A stretch of 64,000 nucleotides of DNA from positions 166,921 to 230,920 of the forward strand of contig CAYLHO010000001.1 of the NCBI GenBank assembly GCA_964383665.1, written 5' to 3'. Origin of the DNA: an uncultured Lachnospiraceae bacterium. GTDB taxonomy: Bacteria > Bacillota > Clostridia > Christensenellales > UBA1242. Position numbers and translations under genes: made by a program. Below the pieces are notes generated by a model that saw nothing but the letters and a program-made list of their open reading frames with translations, searched no databases and was not told where the DNA came from. Of the stretch, positions 18,388 through 24,906 are shown in pieces. How positions within the stretch are numbered: position 1 is the stretch's first letter; every line of letters begins with the position of its first letter.

Positions 18388-18837
18388 ATGAAAACTATAG
18401 TCAACAACATAGGAGATGGCATTAGTGTTGTCGAGACCAATAAGAGAAATTGTGAATTTGCAACAAAAGAAATATTGTTGGAATATTTGAAAGAGCAATT
18501 CAAAAAATCCGGATTCAAAAAGACGAAGCAAACATGGTATAAAGATGATGGAGAGTTAATATATGTTTTTAATGTCCAAAATTCTCAATATGGAAGTGAC
18601 ACTTTTTATTTTAATATAGGTTTAATTTTTTCAAAAAAGGGCTTTAAGATGTCAAATCAAGAATGGAATTGTTGGGCGAGATTTCCATATGGGAAAACAA
18701 TGGAAAATACTTTTGAAAACATACTAAAATGGTTTGAAAAATATAATTCAATCGACAAGATAAAGGTGGAATCAACAAAACCAGTCAAATGTCTCACAGA
18801 TCCAAGATGGCGTTTGGGTGAAATCTTGGGCAAATAG
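18388..18837 (+). CDS. immunity-protein-like hypothetical (DUF4304-like)
   Basis: Starts 15 nt after the toxin-like ORF, behind an AAAGGGGAA RBS. LKEQFKKSGFKKTKQTWYKDDGELIYVFNVQNSQYGSDTFYFNIGL resembles the DUF4304 core (from memory). Confidence 0.5.
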   Translation: MKTIVNNIGDGISVVETNKRNCEFATKEILLEYLKEQFKKSGFKKTKQTWYKDDGELIYVFNVQNSQYGSDTFYFNIGLIFSKKGFKMSNQEWNCWARFPYGKTMENTFENILKWFEKYNSIDKIKVESTKPVKCLTDPRWRLGEILGK

Positions 18838-18838
18838 T

Positions 18839-18949
18839 CCCAGAAATGTTATATTTGTGACGGACAATTTGCGAAAAGTTTTGAAAAAGAATAAAATCAC
18901 AGGCATTGATTTTGATAAAACATATACATATGGCGAGAAAGAGAAATAA
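18839..18949 (+). pseudogene. start-less C-terminal fragment resembling another immunity protein
   Basis: Frame 2 reads PRNVIFVTDNLRKVLKKNKITGIDFDKTYTYGEKEK-stop. There is no start codon. It resembles the C-terminal tail of Imm/DUF1629-like proteins. Confidence 0.3.
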
Positions 18950-18986
18950 TAGATGTTGAGAGGGGATATGCGCAAGAGAAAAAAAT

Positions 18987-19016
18987 AAAAAGCACCGAAA
19001 CGAAAGGTGCTTTTTT
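18987..19016 (+). terminator. intrinsic terminator inside the islet
   Basis: AGCACC/GGTGCT hairpin followed by T6. Confidence 0.6.
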
Positions 19017-19147
19017 GTGCGTGCGGGTGCAAATATCTCAGTCGCGTTGGACTTTGCGCAAAAGATTATTATCAGAGAGAACTTGACTCAAGTCTTTCTG
19101 GGGGGGGTAGATTATCGAATTTCCTATTAAAAACAACTTAAAAACTT

Positions 19148-19182
19148 CAAAAAAATCCTTGCAGAAACGCGAGGCTTTTTTT
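19148..19182 (+). repeat. right copy of the perfect 35-bp direct repeat (serves as terminator of the minus-strand DUF11 gene)
   Basis: Same 35-mer as 17485-17519. Here the T run extends to 10. Confidence 0.95.
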
Positions 19183-19192
19183 TTTGTTCCAA

Positions 19193-19957
19193 TCAGTTAA
19201 CTTGAACTTTGAATGAGACTGTTATTGTTCCGTTTGCCGGAAGATTTGGAAGGGGGAAACCAGTTGTTGGGTTGTAAGTTGGCTGTGGAGTTCCGTTAAC
19301 AACAACACTTTCGTTAACAAAAGTTACGTCAGAAGGAATTGAGTCGGAGAAAACAATATTCGTGTTTTCAAGCGAGCCTTCGTTTGTTATCGTTATTGTG
19401 TAGGTCATTTCGTTTCCTGAAACAACGGCAACAGGAGAGCATTCCTTCAAAAGATAGACTTCATTTTCCACGATGCTAATCTCCTTTTCATTTGATGTTA
19501 ATGAGAATTCTTGGCTGTCGAAGGTTAAAGTTAAATCAGTTTTGTTTTTAACAACCGATTCTTCCGGATATTCTGAAATTTGAATTTCGTAAGTTATCTC
19601 TGCGAAAGCGCCAAAACCGCCAATTTGGGCGTTTGAAGAAAACCCAGTTATTGGATTAAATGTTGGTTCGGGCTCATCGCTTATTTTAACAGTTCCCGGA
19701 ACAAACGATGCGCCCGGGGAAAGAGTGTCTTTAAAAGTGAAATTTTGGATTGTTAAATTCGAGTTGTTTGTTATTTTTGTTGTGACCGTTATTTTTTCTT
19801 TTGGAAGAGCCCAATCTTTTTGAACCGTTTTTTCAACAATAAAATCCGATTCAACCTTGGTTGTTGTGCAAACATTGCTGAAAGTTGTTAAATCAATTTT
19901 TCCGCCGTCTGGGTTGTCGATTTGAGATGTTATTTGCGCCTTGTTAACAATTCCCAT
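19193..19957 (-). CDS. tandem DUF11 (conserved repeat domain) protein without an obvious signal peptide
   Basis: Two about 110-aa repeats of the form T-x-T-I-T-N-x-G/S, D-[ST]-[IL]-[SP], FV, G[ST]V, NP-x-TGF. Examples are MTYTITITNEGSLENTNIVFSDSIPSDVTFV and ITVTTKITNNSNLTIQNFTFKDTLSPGASFV. The N-terminus MGIVNKAQITSQ is hydrophilic. Confidence 0.7.
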   Translation of the reverse strand: MGIVNKAQITSQIDNPDGGKIDLTTFSNVCTTTKVESDFIVEKTVQKDWALPKEKITVTTKITNNSNLTIQNFTFKDTLSPGASFVPGTVKISDEPEPTFNPITGFSSNAQIGGFGAFAEITYEIQISEYPEESVVKNKTDLTLTFDSQEFSLTSNEKEISIVENEVYLLKECSPVAVVSGNEMTYTITITNEGSLENTNIVFSDSIPSDVTFVNESVVVNGTPQPTYNPTTGFPLPNLPANGTITVSFKVQVN

Positions 19958-20056
19958 ATGAATCTCCTTCGCATTAAATTAAAATTTTTATTTAATTCAT
20001 TTTATTATTATAAATTAAAGAATTGTGTTAAAATATTAATAATTTATGGAGGGATA

Positions 20057-22405
20057 ATGGCAGATAAATTCTCAACAAAAGAATATTTGGAAAAACTGAA
20101 CAAATATTGGAATGCGGCAAACTACCTTTCGGCGGGGCAACTATATTTGCTTGATAATCCGCTTTTGCGCGATCACGAACTTTCAATGGAAGATGTTAAG
20201 AAAAAACTTGTTGGGCATTGGGGAACTGTTCCGGGGCAAAACTTTATTTATGCCCATTGCAATCGCCTTGTTAACAAGTTTGATCAAGATGTCCTTTTCA
20301 TTTCTGGGCCTGGGCATGGCGGGAATTTTTTAACTGCAAACAGTTATTTGGAAGGCGTTTACAGCGAGGTTTATCCGGAAATTTCACAAGACAAAGAGGG
20401 AATGAAAAAACTTTTCAAACAGTTCTCTTTTCCTGGTGGAATTGGTTCTCATTGTGTTCCTGAAACACCAGGGTCAATTCATGAGGGTGGGGAACTTGGT
20501 TACAGCCTTGCTCATGCGTTTGGGGCAGTTTTGGATAATCCAAATTTGATTACTGTAACGGTTGTTGGCGACGGCGAAGCGGAAACAGGGCCGCTTGCAA
20601 CGTCGTGGTTTGGCTGCAAGTTTATTAACCCAAAAACAGATGGGATTGTTCTTCCAATTTTGCATTTGAATGGCTATAAAATTTCCAATCCAACCGTTCT
20701 TTCCCGCCTTTCAAAAAGAGAGCTTGAAAATCTTTTTGATGGCTATGGCTATAAACCATACTTTGTTGAGGGAAATGAGCCTTTTGAAATGCACAAAAAG
20801 ATGGCAAAAGCAATTGACCTGTGCATGAGCGACATTTCAAAGCTTAAAAAGCAAGGTCAAAGCGAAACCCTTAAATTCCCAATGATTGTTTTAAGAACCC
20901 CAAAAGGTTGGACTTGTCCAAAATTTGTTAATGGGAAACGGATTGAAGGGTCGTTCAGGGCACATCAAGTTCCTCTTGTTGTTGAAAATGAAAAGGATCT
21001 TGAAATTCTTAAAAATTGGCTTTTAAGTTATAACCCAAACGAACTTTTTGACGAAAACTATAAACTGCGTTCCGAAATTCAGGAAATTTTGCCAAAAGGC
21101 GAAAAGAGAATTTCGGCATCAAAATTTGCAAATGGCGGCGAACTTTTGAAAGAACTTAAAACGCCGTCGATAAACAAATATGCTGTTAAATTTAAGGGGC
21201 ATGGAACTGTTAAAGCGCAGGATATGCTTGAACTTGGCGGATATATAAGAGATTTGTTTGTTTTGAATAAGGACAACAAAAACTACAGAATTTTTAGCCC
21301 AGACGAGGCGATGAGTAACAGATTATACAAGGTTTTTGACGTTGAAAGTAGAGCATTCAACTCAAAAATTTATGAAACTGACGACAAACTTTCGCAAAAC
21401 GGAAGAATTCACGATTCTTTTCTTTCCGAGCATCTTTGCGAGGGAATGCTTGAAGGCTATCTTTTAACTGGGCGTCATGGCATGTTCGACAGTTATGAAG
21501 CATTTATTCGCGTTGTTGACAGCATGGTTGCGCAGCATGCAAAGTGGCTTAAGGTTTGCAACGAGATTGAATGGCGAAAGCCAATTTCTTCGCTTAACTT
21601 AATTTTAACAAGTAATGTTTGGCAACAAGACCACAACGGTTTCACCCATCAAGACCCTGGATTCTTGGACCATATTGTAAGCAAAAAGGCAGATGTTGTT
21701 CGAGTTTATCTTCCTGCCGATGCAAATTGTCTTCTCTCGTGTTACGACCATTGCGCAAAAAGCAAAAACTATGTTAACACAATTGTTGCGTCAAAACACC
21801 CGCGCTGGCAATGGCTTTCAATTGATGAAGCAAAAGAACATTGCAAAAAAGGCGTTGGGGAGTGGACTTGGGCTGGAATGAACAACACCGCGCGCCCTGA
21901 TCTTGTTATTGCGTCTTGCGGCGACACTGCAACCGTTGAGTCGCTTGCAACAGTTTCGCTTTTGAAAAAGTTGCTTCCAAAACTTAATGTTCGCTTTGTT
22001 AACATTGTTGATCTTATGAAACTTGTTTCAAACAAGTCCCACCCTCATGGTCTTACGGACAGCGAATATAACGCAATTTTCACTTTGAACAAGCCAATAA
22101 TTTTCAATTTCCATGGATATCCAACATTAATTCATCAATTAACATACAATCGAAAGAACCGAAATCTTCATGTTTCGGGATATCAAGAAGAAGGAACAAT
22201 AACAACGTCTTTCGATATGTGTGCGCTTAACAAAACCGACAGATATCATCAACTTTTAAAAATTGTTAAATACATCGATTTGACGGAAGAAGAGAGAGAT
22301 GAAATTGTTAAATTTGCGAAATCAAAGTTAAAACAAAACCATGATTACATTCGTAAATTTGGCGTTGACATGCCGGAAATTGCAAATTGGAACTGGAACG
22401 ATTAA
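20057..22405 (+). CDS. xfp: xylulose-5-phosphate/fructose-6-phosphate phosphoketolase
   Basis: Start is the ATG at 20057, behind GGAGGG. Contains YWNAANYLSAGQLYL, GHWGTVPG, GPGHGG, EGGELGY, and GDGEAETGP (ThDP site). Confidence 0.92.
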   Translation: MADKFSTKEYLEKLNKYWNAANYLSAGQLYLLDNPLLRDHELSMEDVKKKLVGHWGTVPGQNFIYAHCNRLVNKFDQDVLFISGPGHGGNFLTANSYLEGVYSEVYPEISQDKEGMKKLFKQFSFPGGIGSHCVPETPGSIHEGGELGYSLAHAFGAVLDNPNLITVTVVGDGEAETGPLATSWFGCKFINPKTDGIVLPILHLNGYKISNPTVLSRLSKRELENLFDGYGYKPYFVEGNEPFEMHKKMAKAIDLCMSDISKLKKQGQSETLKFPMIVLRTPKGWTCPKFVNGKRIEGSFRAHQVPLVVENEKDLEILKNWLLSYNPNELFDENYKLRSEIQEILPKGEKRISASKFANGGELLKELKTPSINKYAVKFKGHGTVKAQDMLELGGYIRDLFVLNKDNKNYRIFSPDEAMSNRLYKVFDVESRAFNSKIYETDDKLSQNGRIHDSFLSEHLCEGMLEGYLLTGRHGMFDSYEAFIRVVDSMVAQHAKWLKVCNEIEWRKPISSLNLILTSNVWQQDHNGFTHQDPGFLDHIVSKKADVVRVYLPADANCLLSCYDHCAKSKNYVNTIVASKHPRWQWLSIDEAKEHCKKGVGEWTWAGMNNTARPDLVIASCGDTATVESLATVSLLKKLLPKLNVRFVNIVDLMKLVSNKSHPHGLTDSEYNAIFTLNKPIIFNFHGYPTLIHQLTYNRKNRNLHVSGYQEEGTITTSFDMCALNKTDRYHQLLKIVKYIDLTEEERDEIVKFAKSKLKQNHDYIRKFGVDMPEIANWNWND

Positions 22406-22410
22406 CATAT

Positions 22411-22445
22411 AAAATGCAACAACCATATTCGTTGTTGCATTTTTT
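22411..22445 (+). terminator. intrinsic terminator after xfp
   Basis: 10-bp stem ATGCAACAAC/GTTGTTGCAT followed by T5. Confidence 0.8.
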
Positions 22446-22463
22446 AAAAATTTATTGTATAAT
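22435..22463 (+). promoter_or_regulatory. near-consensus sigma-A promoter driving the large ncRNA
   Basis: TTGCAT (22435-22440), a 17-nt spacer ending in TG, then TATAAT (22458-22463). Confidence 0.7.
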
Positions 22464-22469
22464 ACTTAT

Positions 22470-23096
22470 GAAGGCGCAGTATTCTAGTCGAACAGACTTG
22501 ACCACATGACGTTAAAAGCGTTAAATGGCACAACTGTGAAGTTTCTGGTGTTGGCTTTGGTTGCCCAAACTGGGGCTGATGCTGGGAGTTAAGATTTTTG
22601 GGAGCGCTGTAATGGCATACAGAGTTGCGGCCCAGATTTCGTGGAGACCCAAGCGTTGGTGGTTTCAAATAAGAAGGCACTTCTTGGGATAAAACCTGCA
22701 TTGCGGTAAAAAAATTGCTGTGTGCAGTGTAGCCAGCCTTGAGTGGGGTGTTGGGATAAAGTTAACTGGCTAATTTAGTTTGGCCAAACGAATTTAGTCA
22801 AAGCTTATAACTAGCGGGCTTTTGAAATTCATTCTGCAAAATGGGATAAGGTCAAATCTCTGTTTGTTTGAGAAATTCTCTAGACTGTTTGCACCAAGCG
22901 GCGCAATTCGCTTCGGGGATTATAGTGTGGTCTAAGTGGCGATTCGGTGATGTCAACCTCTTAAATGGAAACGGCTTATTCGGCGACGAAAAGTGGGGAA
23001 GCGGGAAATCCAACCGAACCTATGCTGCAAGGTTTACCCGAATTTGCGAGCTCTTTGGCGAAAAAGAAGGAATTGAAATACATACCTTCTTTTTTT
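22470..23096 (+). ncRNA. large structured non-coding RNA, best explained as OLE (ornate, large, extremophilic) RNA
   Basis: About 625 nt from the predicted TSS to a hairpin plus U tract (23065-23096). Local G+C is clearly above the flanks. There are many short helices and only RBS-less, non-protein-like ORFs. An OapA-like membrane protein gene follows directly. Identity was not verified with a covariance model. Confidence 0.6.
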
Positions 23097-23137
23097 ATGC
23101 TTGTTATATCTGCAAAAATATGCTATTATAATAATAT

Positions 23138-23833
23138 ATGGAAGATGAATTAAACAAAAATTTGACATCTCAAGAAGATGAAATAAAAACCGAAAAGATG
23201 CGGCAAGACGAAACCGACGGGCAAAAAGCAAAGAAGGCGGATTTAAAAACCGCGGCAGCCAAAGCGGCAAAGAAAAAGGTTCAACCATGGTGGGCTTGGC
23301 CAATAAAGATTTTGGTTATTGCAATGAGCCTTTCCCTTGCGTTCAGCGTTTTAAGCGAACTTTTGCTTTCGAATGTTGGAATTGCTGTTTCGGTTGTGGT
23401 TATTGTTTTCTTTGTTTCGCTTGGGATTTTAACCGATATGATTGGTGTTGCGGCAACTGCATGTTCAATTGAACCGTTTGCGGCAATGTGTTCGAGGAAA
23501 GTTCGTGGGGCAAAAGTTGCAATGGCGCTTGTTAAAAATGCAGAAAAAGTTTCAAGCATGTGTTGCGATGTTTGTGGTGATATTTGCGGAATCCTTTCTG
23601 GAACGGCTGGGGCAGCGATAACAGTTAAGTTGATTTCCGAAAGTGTGGGTAACTCGCTTCAAATTTTGATTGCAGGGCTTGTTAGTGCAACAATTGCTGG
23701 GTTAACGATTTTTGGAAAGGCAATGTGTAAAAAATTTGCAATTAACAATTGTTCAAAAATAATTCTTGGCGTTGGGAAATGCTGCAGCATTTTTTCAAGG
23801 AAAAAGAAAAATGAAAAGCAAGGTAAAAAATAA
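23138..23833 (+). CDS. multi-pass membrane protein, OapA-like (OLE-associated protein A candidate)
   Basis: 231-aa product with a Lys/Glu-rich N-terminal tail and about 4 TM helices. Conserved-looking cytoplasmic loops are TDMIGVAATACSIEPFAAM and CCDVCGDICGILSG. Its position directly after the large RNA is the main argument. Confidence 0.5.
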   Translation: MEDELNKNLTSQEDEIKTEKMRQDETDGQKAKKADLKTAAAKAAKKKVQPWWAWPIKILVIAMSLSLAFSVLSELLLSNVGIAVSVVVIVFFVSLGILTDMIGVAATACSIEPFAAMCSRKVRGAKVAMALVKNAEKVSSMCCDVCGDICGILSGTAGAAITVKLISESVGNSLQILIAGLVSATIAGLTIFGKAMCKKFAINNCSKIILGVGKCCSIFSRKKKNEKQGKK

Positions 23834-23846
23834 GCCTTGCTTTTTT
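23818..23846 (+). terminator. intrinsic terminator after the OapA-like gene
   Basis: GCAAGG/CCTTGC hairpin spanning the stop codon, followed by T6. Confidence 0.7.
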
Positions 23847-23926
23847 GTTTTTTAAACAAAAAAATTTTTTAAAAAATTTTGGCAGACCCTATTGCATTTT
23901 GTTTTTAAGTGTGATATTATCTCTAA

Positions 23927-24031
23927 TGTTGAGATTGAACTTGGCTTTTCGGCCCTCCCGAAATATCGAGTTATTAAATTCAAATTAGGAATTTAAGAAA
24001 ATAAAAATCAGCTTATGTGAGCTGATTTTTT
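23927..24031 (+). ncRNA. candidate ~105-nt sRNA with a C-rich (anti-Shine-Dalgarno) loop
   Basis: Promoter is TTGCAT (23892-23897), 17 nt, TATTAT (23915-23920). Hairpin TTTCGG-CCCTC-CCGAAA lies at 23947-23963. Terminator is ATCAGCT/AGCTGAT plus T6 (24007-24031). There is no RBS-preceded ORF. Confidence 0.35.
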
Positions 24032-24162
24032 ATTTTAATCTTTTAGCGAAGTGCTATGCAAAAAAAACAAGAAATTTTTGGAGTAGGGCAGAGGTGTATA
24101 TTCATTTATATTTATAAATTACTTTTGTATTGAAATTCAAATTATAAATTTTTATAAAAAAC

Positions 24163-24270
24163 TGCATAAATTTTTATGCAAAAATCGCTTGCATATTTAT
24201 AAATTATGATGTATAATCATTCCAAACCTTGAAAAAGAACTTGAATATTTATGAATTTATAAATATTCAT
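24163..24270 (+). promoter_or_regulatory. argR promoter with ARG-box-like palindromes
   Basis: TGCATAAATTTTTATGCA (24163-24180). Promoter is TTGCAT (24189-24194), 17 nt, TATAAT (24212-24217). Downstream are TTGAATATTTATGAATTT and TGAATTTATAAATATTCA (24241-24269). Confidence 0.45.
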
Positions 24271-24362
24271 AATCGCTAAACAGCCCTAAAATAGGTGTAT
24301 ATAGCGATTTTAAAACTTAAAACTTTGATACGTTTTTAAAAACTTTAAAACGGCGAAAAAGT

Positions 24363-24389
24363 TTGCATAGCACTTGCATAGTACTTGCG
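24363..24389 (+). repeat. tandem 11-bp repeat TTGCATAGCAC TTGCATAGTAC TTGCG just upstream of the argR RBS
   Basis: Read directly from the sequence. An inverted copy (GTGCTATGCAA) lies at 24051-24061. Confidence 0.9.
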
Positions 24390-24415
24390 AAAGAAAAAAA
24401 TAAGGAGCGCAAAAA

Positions 24416-24877
24416 ATGGCACGTTCAGTTAGACAATCGAAAATTTTGGAACTCATTTCAACAAGAGAAATTGAAACTCAAGATGAACTTGTTGAATGTT
24501 TGCGCAATGCAAATTTTGATATTACGCAAGCAACAATTTCAAGAGACATTAAAGAGCTTGGTTTAATCAAAATTTTAAGTGCTGAAACTGGAAAATATAA
24601 GTACTCACTTGTTGATTCCGGAGAGCAAGCAATATCAAACAAATACATATCAATTTTCAAAGAGGCTGTTATTTCAATTAAACCCGCTCAAAATCTTGTT
24701 GTTCTTAAAACAATTAAGGCAATGGCTTCGTCAATTTGCGGGCTTGTTGATAAATTGAATTTAGATTCCGTTATGGGGGCTGTTGCTGGCGACGATACGG
24801 TTATGATCATTTTGCCAACTTGCGAGTCTGCTCTTAAGGTTGTTCAAACTCTTGAAAATTTAATTCATTCAAATTAA
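24416..24877 (+). CDS. argR: arginine repressor
   Basis: RQSKILELISTREIETQDELVECLRNANFDITQATISRDIKELGL winged-helix domain, and a C-terminal oligomerisation domain with GAVAGDDTVMII. Confidence 0.92.
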   Translation: MARSVRQSKILELISTREIETQDELVECLRNANFDITQATISRDIKELGLIKILSAETGKYKYSLVDSGEQAISNKYISIFKEAVISIKPAQNLVVLKTIKAMASSICGLVDKLNLDSVMGAVAGDDTVMIILPTCESALKVVQTLENLIHSN

Positions 24878-24906
24878 AAAAAGCGCCAAGGTTTGGTGCT
24901 TTTTTT
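24874..24906. terminator. bidirectional terminator between argR and the recombinase gene
   Basis: A-run, AGCGCCAA/TTGGTGCT hairpin, then a T run. Confidence 0.7.

Larger units (their letters stand above)
17485..19182 (+). mobile_element. candidate decayed integrative islet at the tRNA-Ser 3' end, bounded by 35-bp direct repeats
   Basis: Identical 35-mers at 17485-17519 and 19148-19182 bracket 1,628 bp. The content is a toxin-like pseudogene, immunity-like ORFs and non-coding DNA. No integrase is present. Confidence 0.45.

Noticed and set aside
22470-23096. The large RNA being RNase P RNA, tmRNA, SRP RNA or a riboswitch leader
   Set aside because: There is no GGAAAGTCC-type RNase P core. There is no tRNA-like GGGG...ACCA end or tag ORF as in tmRNA. 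There is no SRP GGAAG/AGCAG domain IV motif. At ~625 nt with its own terminator 40 nt before the next RBS, it is far too long for a cis leader.
22444-23153. ORFs 22444-22701 (-), 22868-23131 (+) and 22965-23153 (+), lying inside the large non-coding region
   Set aside because: They have no Shine-Dalgarno sequence, and their translations are not protein-like (PQFGQPKPTPETSQ..., WSKWRFGDVNLLNGNGLFGDEKWGSG...). They overlap strong RNA helices, a promoter and a terminator. I treat them as chance ORFs in relatively GC-rich structured RNA.
24363-24389. The tandem 11-mers and other short repeats as a CRISPR array or minisatellite
   Set aside because: There are only 2.4 copies, with no spacers. Repeat length and context fit protein-binding sites rather than CRISPR. 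No array-like periodic repeats were seen anywhere in the window.
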